This document shows positions 41,081 to 51,083 of a stretch of DNA of 64,000 bases, piece by piece. The translations under genes and the position numbers were made by a program. The notes below the pieces were generated by a model. That model was not told where the DNA came from and did not search any database. It saw nothing but the letters and a program-made list of their open reading frames with translations. Origin of the DNA: a bacterium (GTDB lineage: Bacteria > Zhuqueibacterota > Zhuqueibacteria > Zhuqueibacterales > Zhuqueibacteraceae); contig JBIOXB010000168.1 in NCBI GenBank assembly GCA_044869275.1, forward strand, positions 1 to 64,000, given 5' to 3'. Position 1 is the first letter of the stretch, and every line of letters begins with the position of its first letter.

Positions 41081-41695
41081 TCAGATTTTATTCTGACTTT
41101 GAGTGCCTTGTGGCCTAAGCGCCTCATACGCTTCTGGCGTATCCACGTCGCGCAAGACGTGATCGTTTTCCATCTCGACTGCAACGACGCGTTGCGGATA
41201 ACGCGCCAGAATTGCCTTGCCACCGGCATCGCCGCGCAAGGCCAGCATTTCCGGTTTGTAGCAAATGTCGAAGATCACGGGATTGCCGCGCCGGCCCTGA
41301 AAAACCGGTACGGCGATGGCGGCCTCGGATTCGCGCTCCCAGGCGCTGATCAAGCGGTTGAGTTGAGAAACCTCGATCAAGGGCATATCGCCCAAGGCAA
41401 TCATGACGGCCTGGGCATTTTCGGCAATGGCGTTTACGCCCGCGAGAATCGAAGTGGACATGCCTTGCGCGTAGTCGCGATTGATGACGAACTTTACTTT
41501 GCGCCCGCGCAGCCTGGCTTGTACCCGCTCCGCTTCGAAGCCGAGGACGGCGATAATTTCAGCCACGCGCGATTGCAGAAGTTTGTCAACCGTGTGCTCG
41601 ATCACCGTCATTTGGCCCAAGGGCAACAACAATTTGTTGCGGCCCGGCATGCGCGAGGAAGCGCCGGCGGCGAGGACGAGGGCGGAGGTATTCAT
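41081..41695 (-). CDS. mocA: molybdenum cofactor cytidylyltransferase
   Basis: LAAGASSRM..NKLLL, GMSTS, LGDMP, GNPV.F, GD.G, DVDTPE; adjacent to xdhC. Confidence 0.85.
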   Translation of the reverse strand: MNTSALVLAAGASSRMPGRNKLLLPLGQMTVIEHTVDKLLQSRVAEIIAVLGFEAERVQARLRGRKVKFVINRDYAQGMSTSILAGVNAIAENAQAVMIALGDMPLIEVSQLNRLISAWERESEAAIAVPVFQGRRGNPVIFDICYKPEMLALRGDAGGKAILARYPQRVVAVEMENDHVLRDVDTPEAYEALRPQGTQSQNKI

Positions 41696-41723
41696 GTTGA
41701 GAGTTTATCCCAAAACTACTTTC

Positions 41724-41799
41724 CATGTCACCCTGGAGGGGCCTTTTTCAGCATAAGCACCGTGCCAAGTGCAGAAAAAGATCCCTCCGGGATGACATG
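41724..41799. repeat. REP-like family B element
   Basis: CATGTCACCCTGGAGGG...CCCTCCGGGATGACATG. Confidence 0.65.
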
Positions 41800-41865
41800 A
41801 ATCGGGGAGGTCAGCCAGGTTAACGTTGTCAAGTTAGGACGCAGGAAGTATTTCTTGAAAACTCG

Positions 41866-42900
41866 CTAAGCCTCTCGGCGCCGCGCCACGATTTCCGCCA
41901 TGATGCTCAGGGCAATCTCCGCCGGCGTGCTGGCGCCAATATCCAAACCCACGGGCGCGTGCACGCGCGCCAGTTGCTCGTCCAAGAGCCCCTCGGCTTT
42001 CAACCTTTTGATTCTTTTCTCATGCGTGCGCTTGCTGCCCAGAATGCCGATATACGCGGGCCGGTGCTGCAAGGCGAATTTCAAGGCCGGATCGTCGAGC
42101 TTGGCGTCGTGCGTGAGAATGACCAGGCAGGTGCCGGCGTCGATGCCGATTTCCTGCAAAGCCTGGTCCGGCCACTGCCGCACCAGGCGGTCTACATGCG
42201 GGAAGCGCTCGTCCGTGGCAAAGGCGCCGCGCGGGTCGATCAGCAAGACTTGATAATCGAGCGTCTTTGCCAGCGTCGTGAGCGGGATCGCGACGTGCAC
42301 CGCGCCCACGATGATGAGCTTGGGCGCAGGGAAAATCGATTCGACGAAGATCTCCCACTCGCCGGTCGAAAGGATTTCCGCTTGTTCGTGCGTGAGAAAT
42401 GCCGCAGCTTGATCGCGCACAAAGGCGCTCAAGCTTTCCTGCGGCATTTCGCCATGCCAGGCGCCATCCGCACGCAACAACATGCGCCGCCCCAGCGCGT
42501 GCGCGTCTCCGCGCAACAGCGTGGCAATGACGATCGGCTCTGCTCTCGCCAGGCCCTCGAGCCATTCCGCCATCAATCCCTGTTCCTGCGCGGGCATGCG
42601 CTCCACCAGCACCTCGATGCTGCCGCCGCACGTTAGTCCCACGGACCAGGCTTGTTCGTCCGACACGCCGAAGCGTAAGAGCTTGGGCGCGCCGGTGGCG
42701 ATGCTCTTCATCGCTTCCTCGATCACGGCGGTTTCCACGCAGCCGCCGCTCACCGAGCCGGCGAATTCGCCGCGGGCGTTGACCGCCATTTTCGCGCCCT
42801 CGGGCCGCGGCGATGAGCCCCAGGTTTTGATCACGGTCGCCAGTGCCATGTGATCGCCGCGCTCGCGCCAGCGCAAGAGATGAGAAAGGAGTTCTCGCAT
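41866..42900 (-). CDS. xdhC: XdhC/CoxI family molybdoenzyme maturation factor
   Basis: GSSPR.GAKM, GSVSGGCVE, GLTCGG, YIGILGS, PVGLDIGA.TP.EIA. Confidence 0.9.
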   Translation of the reverse strand: MRELLSHLLRWRERGDHMALATVIKTWGSSPRPEGAKMAVNARGEFAGSVSGGCVETAVIEEAMKSIATGAPKLLRFGVSDEQAWSVGLTCGGSIEVLVERMPAQEQGLMAEWLEGLARAEPIVIATLLRGDAHALGRRMLLRADGAWHGEMPQESLSAFVRDQAAAFLTHEQAEILSTGEWEIFVESIFPAPKLIIVGAVHVAIPLTTLAKTLDYQVLLIDPRGAFATDERFPHVDRLVRQWPDQALQEIGIDAGTCLVILTHDAKLDDPALKFALQHRPAYIGILGSKRTHEKRIKRLKAEGLLDEQLARVHAPVGLDIGASTPAEIALSIMAEIVARRREA

Positions 42901-43025
42901 GATTCACCTGCCGGGTTGGTTCGCTCTCGGTGGAAATTTCGAGCCAACATACAAAAGATAAGCATGTCACGCAAGAGCCGAAACAAAGGTTGTATGCTTC
43001 GTTTTTTCTGCTATATTTTGTTCTC

Positions 43026-43952
43026 ATGGTTTACAGCTCTGCAAAAATACCGGCGGTCAGGCGAGTGGATCTGGGTATCGCATGGGAGTGGGAATACGAT
43101 CGTGCCTTTGTGCAAACCTTGGAGTGTGTCTGCGCCGCCGCAGGTCTTGCCACACACGTTGTCAATCCTGCCAATCTTGAAAAGACAGAAGCCGGATATC
43201 GCGAGGGCGCGCTGCGATTCTCATGTTATCTGGATCGCGGCTCCGACGCGCTGAAGGAGTTCATGCCGCTGGCGCAACTGGTGGCGCAAAACGGTAGCCG
43301 GGTGATCAACAGCTACACTGCCATGCGATGGGCGGCCGACAAAGCCACGATGCATTTGGAGTTCATCACCGCCGGCTTGGACGTGCCCTTCACTATCATT
43401 CTCTCGCCTTATAGCCATCAGCCTGAAATCGAAATCAAAGATCTGGAAAAGCTGGGCAAACCCTTCATCATCAAGCCGGCTGTGGGCGGCGGCGGCATCG
43501 GCGTGGTCACAGACGCCAAGAACCTCAATGATATTCTCAAAGCCCGGACGAGCCAGAACCGGCAAAAGTATCTGCTGCAGCGCAAAGTCGAGCCGGTTTT
43601 GCTCAGGGATCGCCGCGCCTGGTTTCGGGTCTATAGTGTTCTCGGCGACTCCTTTTTAGTTTGGTGGAATGACATTACTCATGTCTATACCGAGCTCGAG
43701 CCCGCGGACGAGAAGGAATTCTATTTGTCGCCGCTGCGCGATATCATCAGCAAGATCGCCCGCATCTCCGGGTTGGATTTTTTTTCAGCCGAAATCGCGT
43801 TGACGGCAGATGATCGCTTTGTGGTGGTGGATTATGTCAATGACGTATGCGATATGCGACTGCAGTCCCTGCACCAGGACGGTGTTCCCGACCGGCTGGT
43901 GCAAGCGATTGCCGCTACCATAGCCAGATTTGTCCAAAAGATCAGCCGCTAG
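43026..43952 (+). CDS. uncharacterised ATP-grasp fold protein
   Basis: DKATMH, PFIIKPA.GGGG.GV, YLLQ, LDFFS.E, VVDYVND. Confidence 0.7.
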   Translation: MVYSSAKIPAVRRVDLGIAWEWEYDRAFVQTLECVCAAAGLATHVVNPANLEKTEAGYREGALRFSCYLDRGSDALKEFMPLAQLVAQNGSRVINSYTAMRWAADKATMHLEFITAGLDVPFTIILSPYSHQPEIEIKDLEKLGKPFIIKPAVGGGGIGVVTDAKNLNDILKARTSQNRQKYLLQRKVEPVLLRDRRAWFRVYSVLGDSFLVWWNDITHVYTELEPADEKEFYLSPLRDIISKIARISGLDFFSAEIALTADDRFVVVDYVNDVCDMRLQSLHQDGVPDRLVQAIAATIARFVQKISR

Positions 43953-44250
43953 GTATAACGAGCATGGAAATCGCCCAATTCTAAATGAGGTGAGATGGCT
44001 CTTGGAGTATTGATTCTATGAGATTTAGAGCTTATTCCTTGTGCCTCGTTACTCGACATGGTATTTTTGTAGAATCTGTGCATCGCACTTTATTCTAAAA
44101 CATATGAAATTTCCATAGTTTTATGTATACAAGCCATGCGGCATGCGCATAAAACTACTCTGTCTTGGCATTCTCGCCTCACGCGAATGTGGTGCCTGTA
44201 ACAAAAATGGAGCAAAATAGAAAAAAATTTAAATTACTGACACAATTCGG

Positions 44251-44285
44251 TTGCATTTGTTTGGAATGCATATTATATTGCGCCC
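44251..44285 (+). promoter_or_regulatory. sigma70-type promoter with GC-rich discriminator
   Basis: TTGCAT-N17-TATATT followed by GCGCCC; AT-rich upstream element. Confidence 0.6.
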
Positions 44286-44700
44286 ACTTTAGATGTCGTT
44301 TTAAAGCTACAGCCTTTCCCGGAGTCTGAGATTGCTGCGAGAACTTAAGAAGGGCGAATTTGGCAGTTCAGATTTGTTTAACAGCATCAAGCCGGATTTC
44401 CGTCCGAGCGCTTTTTAGCCTCGGGCGATATGCACTACACCCCGCCTGTTTGATCCCTCATCTGGTTTGATCATCTTAAAATTTCGCTGCAATGCCGCGT
44501 TTTGTTCCGCTTTAGTTTTAGCCAGCCAGGTTGTGTAGTCAACAAAGGATTTGATGACGTCGGTCGTTGCCGTTCGCTTTGATGTCAATGGCAGAAAGGA
44601 TTTCGCCTATGTTCACCCAGAGTAAAGCCTTCCCGCCTTATAACCTGTGCGTAGTGCTCATGCTGACCAGATTTCGAAAAACTCGCAGCTCTTTTTGTTT
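44286..44700 (+). ncRNA. candidate structured RNA or long leader (unassigned)
   Basis: No ORF of 60 aa or more; nested complementary segments; U-rich tract after the closing helix. Confidence 0.3.
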
Positions 44701-44993
44701 GCCAAGCATGCAGTTGGCATCCGTTTTTAGGGCGTAGTTTGTCGATCCTTGGCATGAAGTTCAGTCGTTTCGATATTCCCGAGAGGTTATATCTTTAAAC
44801 CCCAAACCTGCGGTTGCCATTAATTATTGGGTAGCCAACCGCACGGCGCGATTTTCGGTTTCCCATACTGTGATGTACCAACTTCCTGTGGCCATGAAAA
44901 TATTTAGAAAGTCAGGAGTTGTTGCATCTGCAAAGAGAGAAGGTAGGTGCAAAATGGAGGAAAACCTTAACATGCGGTACGGAGGAAAAATCT

Positions 44994-45677
44994 ATGCGGG
45001 CCAGAACACTTTATGCCGTCGCTCGCCTGTCGCCAGGTGGCTTGTTACTGCTCTTGGTGCTGGCACTGGCCGCCTGCGGGACTTCACCCACTGAGCAGCT
45101 CACTCGTGCGGAAACCATGCTCAGTCGGCTGGAGTCCAAAGGCGCGGATCAGTATTTGATTTACCACATGGCGGAGATTCGGCGTGGCATCGAACTCGCC
45201 AGAAAGGACATTCGCAACAACCGGCTCGAAGTGGCATACCGGGCACTGTACGGCATTTGCGAACGGCTTGATAGTTGCGGCACGGCATTCGTAAATTTGC
45301 GCAAGAAAGCCGCGGTGGAAAGCCAACAACAGACGGAATGGCTCAAACAGAAACTCGCCGTGCTCGAACAAGCGATTACGCAGCTTCCCCGACAGACCTA
45401 CGTTGATCAAAATCGCTACGACATTCAAGTGCACCAATTGCGCAGATACCAGCAGGTGCTCGCCGAGATGAACGACCTGATTCAGAACCAGGATTATCAG
45501 AAGGCTCTGAACATAGGCGACAAATTGCTGCAGCACGTCAATTTCATGCTCGCCAGTTTGAAGGCGGCCCCGGTATTCGCCAGCCGGGAAAAACGCCCGG
45601 CCCAGCAATCACTGCTTTCACCGCCGGCAGAAAAACCGGCAAGTGCTACGGGGATGCTGGCTGCGACCGCGCACTGA
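44994..45677 (+). CDS. hypothetical helical lipoprotein
   Basis: GGAGG RBS; LAAC lipobox; coiled-coil-like body. Confidence 0.7.
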   Translation: MRARTLYAVARLSPGGLLLLLVLALAACGTSPTEQLTRAETMLSRLESKGADQYLIYHMAEIRRGIELARKDIRNNRLEVAYRALYGICERLDSCGTAFVNLRKKAAVESQQQTEWLKQKLAVLEQAITQLPRQTYVDQNRYDIQVHQLRRYQQVLAEMNDLIQNQDYQKALNIGDKLLQHVNFMLASLKAAPVFASREKRPAQQSLLSPPAEKPASATGMLAATAH

Positions 45678-45963
45678 TCGCCACGCCCAACAATCGACGC
45701 CAAGCACGTCTCGCTTTTTTTATATCGCGCAGACGAGGAATTCATTTTTCCAATTTTGAATCGGAAACTTTCTTCACACCATATCAGCTGCAATTACCTC
45801 TTCATCTCAAGCCCGCTTTTGGCCTTCGGAGGCTGAACAGGATTGTTTTTTCCTTTCCCGCCTTTCCTCGGTATTCCCCAGCCTAGAGATTTAGCCCAAA
45901 AAGGCGTTGCATTTTATCGCTTTTTTCTTGAATTTTGCCGAACTACTTTGGAGAGACAGCGAC

Positions 45964-47385
45964 ATGACAGGAGATCAAAGACCTAAGCTGGAGCCCTTGC
46001 TGCGGGCGGCCCGGAATGCAGGGCAAGAGCATGTCTTTCGCTATTGGGAAAAGCTTTCTGATGCTGCGCGGCAACGATTGCTGCAGCAGGTTGCCATGAT
46101 CGATTTCAAATTGTTGCATCACCTTTACCAGCACCTGGTGCTGGCAGAACCTGTGGAGCGCGCGACCGCGCTGGAGCCGGTGGAGATGATCAGTTTACGC
46201 GCGCGGCAGGCACAACCCGAGAGCGATCGCGAAATGAAAGCGCACGGCGAAGAGCTGTTGCGCCGCGGCAAAGTCGCGGCGCTGCTCGTGGCCGGGGGCC
46301 AGGGCTCACGCCTGGGTTTTGACGGGCCCAAAGGCGCTTATGCGATCGGGCCGGTGAGTAACAAGAGCCTGTTTCAATGGCATGCGGAAAAACTGCTGGC
46401 GCGGTCGCGCAAATACCGGGCGGCAATTCCCTGGTACATCATGACCAGCGTTGCGAATGATGAGGAGACGCGCACGTTTTTTGAGCAGCATCATTACTTT
46501 GGCCTGAATCCGCGCGAGATTTTTTTCTTTGTGCAAGGCATGATGCCGGCGCTCGACGCGCAGGGCAAAATCATCATGGCTGCACGCGATCACATATTCA
46601 TGAATCCCGACGGCCACGGCGGCGTGCTGACTGCGCTGGGCAAGAGCGGCGCACTGTCCGACATGCGCAAGCGCGGCATTGCCGAGATCTTTTATTTTCA
46701 AGTTGACAACGTATTGGTCAACATGTGCGATCCGCTGTTCATTGGTTATCACGCCGCGGCAGGCGCCGATATGAGCGCGAAAGTGTGCAGCAAGCGCGAC
46801 CCTTTCGAAAAAGTCGGCGTCCTGGGAAGGAAGAACGGCAAGCTCGCGGTGATCGAATACAGCGACATGAGTGAGGGTGACAAGCAGCAACGCAACCCCG
46901 ACGGCACGCTCAAATATAATGCGGGCAATGTGGCGCTGCACATGTTTCGTGTGGGTTTTATCGAACACGAGCTCGAAGCTGGGGCGAAGCTGCCCTGGCA
47001 TTTGGCCCACAAACAAATTCCTTATTTGAATGAAAACGGCGACCTGGTGCAACCGCAGGAGCCGAACGGATACAAATTTGAAAGCTTCGTTTTCGATGCG
47101 CTCGGCGATGCGAAAAACTGCGCCCTGCTGGAAGTCGAGCGCCATGAGGAATTCAGCCCGATCAAAAATTTCTCCGGAATCGATTCGCCGCTCACGGCGC
47201 AACGCGATTTGTGCCATTTTTTTGCCGGCTGGCTGGAACGCGCGGGTGTGCACGTTGCGCGAGATCACGAAGGCTGGCCCGTGGCGAAGATCGAAATCAG
47301 CCCGCTGGTGGCGATGGAGGCGGAAGAGCTGGCGCGAAAGATTTCCCCTCAGCTCAAAATAGGCACGGAATGGTATCTGGCATAA
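45964..47385 (+). CDS. UDPGP type 1 family UDP-N-acetylglucosamine pyrophosphorylase-like protein
   Basis: AGGQGSRLG..GPKG, PDGHGG, QVDN, IEYSD, KFE.FVFD, EFSPIKN. Confidence 0.9.
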   Translation: MTGDQRPKLEPLLRAARNAGQEHVFRYWEKLSDAARQRLLQQVAMIDFKLLHHLYQHLVLAEPVERATALEPVEMISLRARQAQPESDREMKAHGEELLRRGKVAALLVAGGQGSRLGFDGPKGAYAIGPVSNKSLFQWHAEKLLARSRKYRAAIPWYIMTSVANDEETRTFFEQHHYFGLNPREIFFFVQGMMPALDAQGKIIMAARDHIFMNPDGHGGVLTALGKSGALSDMRKRGIAEIFYFQVDNVLVNMCDPLFIGYHAAAGADMSAKVCSKRDPFEKVGVLGRKNGKLAVIEYSDMSEGDKQQRNPDGTLKYNAGNVALHMFRVGFIEHELEAGAKLPWHLAHKQIPYLNENGDLVQPQEPNGYKFESFVFDALGDAKNCALLEVERHEEFSPIKNFSGIDSPLTAQRDLCHFFAGWLERAGVHVARDHEGWPVAKIEISPLVAMEAEELARKISPQLKIGTEWYLA

Positions 47386-47511
47386 ATGGCCTTCTCGTTG
47401 CGCCATGGCGGAAGAGCGTTCCCCAACATGGGATACACCTCGCGAGGCAATGACAATGCCGTGCGGGTCCGGCGGAATGGCATCATGAGGAGGCCGAGGG
47501 AGGAGCAGTGC

Positions 47512-49233
47512 ATGGATAAAAAGCAAGTCGCAGACATTCTCGAAGAAATCGGCACGCTGCTTGAGCTGAAAGGCGAGAACCCGTTCAAGACGCGGGCTTA
47601 CGGCAATGCGGCGCGCGCGTTGCGCGGCTTGACCGAAGACTTGCATGAAGTGGTGGTGGAGAATCGTCTGCGCGAGATTAAAGGCGTGGGGGAAGCCCTC
47701 TCCCTGAAGATTGCCGAACTCGTCACCACGGGCCGCTTGAAATACTACGAGGATCTGCGCAAGTCTTTTCCTCCGGGCATGATGGAAATGTTGCGCATTC
47801 CCGGTTTCGGGCCAAAGAAAGCCAAGCGCCTCTTTGAGGAGCTGGGCATCGCTTCGATTGACGATTTGGAGAGGGCCTGCAAGGATGACCGCCTGAGCAA
47901 GCTCGAGGGCTTTGGCGCCAAAAGCCAGCAAAAGATCTTGGAAGGCATCCGCCAACTGCGCCAATTCTCCGAGCGCCATCGCTATGATCAAGCCTTTGAA
48001 GCAGCGCAGCCTTTGTTCGAAGCGGTCCAGCATCATCCCAAAGTTATTCGGGCAGAGTTGGCGGGCAGCTTGCGCCGGCACAAAGAAACGATCAAAGACA
48101 TCGACATCGTCGCGAGCTGCAAGGACAAAGACCGGCCGGCGATCATGGAATTTTTCACCCGCCTGCCGGGCGTGCAAAGCGTGGTGGCGCAAGGCGACAC
48201 CAAAAGCAGCGTGCTGCTCGCCAACGGCATCCCGGCGGATTTACGCCTGCTGCAAGACCTGCAATTTCCCTACCTGCTGCATCATTTCACCGGCTCTGCG
48301 GAACACAACATCGCGGTGCGCGGCTTCGCCCAGAAAATGGGCATCAAAGTCAGCGAGCACGGTTTGTTCAAAAACGACAAGCTCATCCCCTGCAAAGACG
48401 AGGCGGCGATTTTCGCCGTGCTCGGCATGCAATACGTTCCGCCGGAATTGCGCGAAGACATGGGCGAGCTGGAAGCCGCGCTCAAAAATGAAATTCCCGA
48501 GCTGGTCAGGAAAGAGGATTTACGCGGCGTGCTGCATTGCCACTCCACGCACAGCGACGGCGCGAATTCGATTAAAGACATGGCGGAGGCCTGCCGGAAA
48601 CTGGGATTCGAGTATCTCGGCATTTCCGATCACAGCATGTCGGTTTATTATGCCAACGGCCTGCCGCCTGCGCGCGTGAAAGCGCAGCACAAGGAGATCG
48701 ACAAGCTCAACGCCGAAATGAAGAACTTTCGCATTTTCAAGGGCACGGAATGCGACATTCTCCCCGATGGCAAACTGGATTACCCGGAGGAGGTGCTCGC
48801 CAGCTTCGATTTCGTCGTGGCTTCGATCCACAGCAGCATGAACATGACCGAAGAGCAGGCCACGAAACGCCTGATCAAGGCCATGCAACATCCGGCCGTT
48901 CGCATTCTTGGCCACCCCACGGGCCGGCTGATTTTGAGTCGGGAAGGCTATCCCATCAACCATCGCAAAGTCATCGATGCCGCCGCAGAACTGGGCGTGT
49001 GCATCGAAATCAATGCCAGTCCGTATCGCTTCGACCTGGATTGGCGGTACTGCAAATACGCGCGTGACCGGGGCGTGCCGATCAGCATCAATCCTGACGC
49101 GCACGACGTTGACGGCATCCAAGATATTTTTTACGGCGCCGGCATCGCGCGCAAAGGCTGGCTGCGCAAAAAGGATGTGTTGAACACGAAAAGCGCAAAG
49201 GAAATGGCGAAGTGGTTCGATGCCAAGAGATAG
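47512..49233 (+). CDS. polX: DNA polymerase X with PHP domain
   Basis: GENPFK.RAY, GSLRR, DID, FTGS..HN, PPELRE, HCHST.SDG, DAH. Confidence 0.95.
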   Translation: MDKKQVADILEEIGTLLELKGENPFKTRAYGNAARALRGLTEDLHEVVVENRLREIKGVGEALSLKIAELVTTGRLKYYEDLRKSFPPGMMEMLRIPGFGPKKAKRLFEELGIASIDDLERACKDDRLSKLEGFGAKSQQKILEGIRQLRQFSERHRYDQAFEAAQPLFEAVQHHPKVIRAELAGSLRRHKETIKDIDIVASCKDKDRPAIMEFFTRLPGVQSVVAQGDTKSSVLLANGIPADLRLLQDLQFPYLLHHFTGSAEHNIAVRGFAQKMGIKVSEHGLFKNDKLIPCKDEAAIFAVLGMQYVPPELREDMGELEAALKNEIPELVRKEDLRGVLHCHSTHSDGANSIKDMAEACRKLGFEYLGISDHSMSVYYANGLPPARVKAQHKEIDKLNAEMKNFRIFKGTECDILPDGKLDYPEEVLASFDFVVASIHSSMNMTEEQATKRLIKAMQHPAVRILGHPTGRLILSREGYPINHRKVIDAAAELGVCIEINASPYRFDLDWRYCKYARDRGVPISINPDAHDVDGIQDIFYGAGIARKGWLRKKDVLNTKSAKEMAKWFDAKR

Positions 49234-49363
49234 GGGCAAATCTCTGGAAAGTCGATTTGTTGGGAATCCGAAACGTGATTTTTCCGTAAGAGAACGGTGG
49301 TTCGAGCGCCCGAGAAATCAATTCGCAACGTGCCTGCAAACAAACTTGGAACCCCAGTAACCT

Positions 49364-50059
49364 ATGCCAGAATATTCTGCTGACCCTTCGCAACCCAACG
49401 CTCCCGCAACGAATCAGCCGGCGGTTCCCGAACCAGAATCGCGTTCCTCTTCCAGTGCGCGCGGCCGAAAATTTTGGGGCTTGATGTTGGTCGGACTGGG
49501 GGCGCTGCTACTGCTCCATCAAATGCACCTGCTGGACTTCGGCGAGTTCATCAGGCGCTTCTGGCCGTTGATTTTTATTTTCATCGGTGCCCGCATGATC
49601 CTGTCGCGCACCTCGCAGCCCGCGCACCAAACCACCGTTCTTCCTCCCGTCTCCGCTGCGCGCGAGAGTTCGGCGAGCACGGCATACGTGACGGATTCAT
49701 TGACGGAGAACCGCTTCATCGGCGATTTCAATATGCGCGTGCAGAGTGAAGATTTTCGCGGCGGCACGGTGTCAACGTTCATCGGCGATTTCAATCTCGA
49801 TTTGTCGGGAGTCGCGATCAGAAGCGGCGAGCGTTATCTCACGCTCTCCGGTTTTATCGGTGACGCCATGCTGGTGTTGCCAAAAAACCTGGCGTATTTG
49901 ATTCAAGCCAACGCGTTCGTCGGCGATTTCAAAATATTCGGCCGCAGAGACGAAGGCTTGGGCTTGAACAAGATCTACAAATCCGCGGACTATGACACCG
50001 CTGCCGCGCGCTTGCACGTGCGCATTTCATATTTTATCGGAGACGTGAACGTGCAATGA
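49364..50059 (+). CDS. LiaF-like cell-wall-active antibiotic response protein
   Basis: N-terminal TM pair with FWP, repeated FIGD motifs. Confidence 0.8.
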   Translation: MPEYSADPSQPNAPATNQPAVPEPESRSSSSARGRKFWGLMLVGLGALLLLHQMHLLDFGEFIRRFWPLIFIFIGARMILSRTSQPAHQTTVLPPVSAARESSASTAYVTDSLTENRFIGDFNMRVQSEDFRGGTVSTFIGDFNLDLSGVAIRSGERYLTLSGFIGDAMLVLPKNLAYLIQANAFVGDFKIFGRRDEGLGLNKIYKSADYDTAAARLHVRISYFIGDVNVQ

Positions 50060-50706
50060 GTGCGAAGCGCGCGCAGGCGGAATTTTTGAGACGCAAGCGG
50101 GTCTTGCGTGGCTTGGCCAAGCTCTATCCCCAGGCGGACATCGCGCTGCATTTTCGCCAACCTTTTGAATTGATGGTGGCCACCATCCTCTCGGCGCAAT
50201 CGACCGACAAAACCGTGAACGAGGTCACGCCGGCGCTGTTTGAGAAGTATCCCGATGCCGCGGCGCTGGCTGCCGCCGGGCCGGCGGCATTGCAGGAAAT
50301 GATTCATCGCACCGGCTTTTTCCGTAACAAGGCCAAGAGCCTGTTGGGGTGTGCCCAGGCCTTGATGCAAAAGCACGGCGGTGAGGTTCCGCAAACGATG
50401 GCAGAACTGGTGGCCTTGCCCGGGGTCGGCCGCAAAACCGCCAACGTCGTTTTGGGAAATGCGTTCGGCAAGAACGAGGGCGTGGTGGTCGATACGCATG
50501 TCCAAAGGTTGTCTCAGCGGCTGGGATTCACCAAACAAATTTCACCGGAGAAAATCGAGCGCGATTTGATGGAAAGCGTCCCCCGCAAAGATTGGACGGT
50601 TTTCGCGCACCGGCTTATTTTGCACGGCCGCCAAATCTGTCAAGCGCGCAAGCCGAAATGCGCCGTTTGTGCACTTGCGCCGGATTGCCCTGCCCGGCAG
50701 GTTTAG
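50056..50706 (+). CDS. nth: endonuclease III
   Basis: ILSAQSTD, LPGVGRKTANV, VDTHV, CX6CX2CX5C Fe-S motif. Confidence 0.96.
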   Translation: MSAKRAQAEFLRRKRVLRGLAKLYPQADIALHFRQPFELMVATILSAQSTDKTVNEVTPALFEKYPDAAALAAAGPAALQEMIHRTGFFRNKAKSLLGCAQALMQKHGGEVPQTMAELVALPGVGRKTANVVLGNAFGKNEGVVVDTHVQRLSQRLGFTKQISPEKIERDLMESVPRKDWTVFAHRLILHGRQICQARKPKCAVCALAPDCPARQV

Positions 50707-50832
50707 TGAATTCTGTGGGGAACCAGCCCCGCACGCGGCGGGGAGGAGTTCAGGGAAGCAGAACTCACTCGAGTTCATGCTGTTTTGGAAAATGACTGAT
50801 CGATGCCATAACCAGGAAAGCTTCGAGGAAAT

Positions 50833-51030
50833 ATGAACCTTCAAAGAGTCTTTAAACCTCCTCTCATTCAAGAATGGACCGCCTTGTTGCGGGATAAGGG
50901 CCTGAAGGGCTTCGCGCGGGAAAAAGGGTGGAAAATCGTCGCTGCAATTTTTTTATTTTATCTCGTCCGCGATTCGGTGATTTATCTCATAATTCCATTG
51001 CTGATTGCGCAAGGCTTCATTTGCCGGTGA
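50833..51030 (+). CDS. small membrane protein
   Basis: GAGG RBS; GWK..FLFYLVRD..YLIIP hydrophobic segment. Confidence 0.6.
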   Translation: MNLQRVFKPPLIQEWTALLRDKGLKGFAREKGWKIVAAIFLFYLVRDSVIYLIIPLLIAQGFICR

Positions 51031-51083
51031 GGGGTTATCCCCTTCCAAGTCACGTACGGCCGGATATTTTTCTCAATTTAAAA

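Noticed and set aside
44389..44403. Minus-strand GACGGAAATCCGGCTT resembling the RNase P RNA 3' motif
   Set aside because: No GAGGAAAGTCC partner for P4; tmRNA and tRNA ends were also not found in this region
46306..48192. 628-aa minus-strand ORF, and similar long antisense ORFs (19502-20818, 23996-25177, 18553-19602, 36008-37129, 56882-57841)
   Set aside because: They are shadows of well-supported genes on the opposite strand and have no motifs; common in GC-rich DNA
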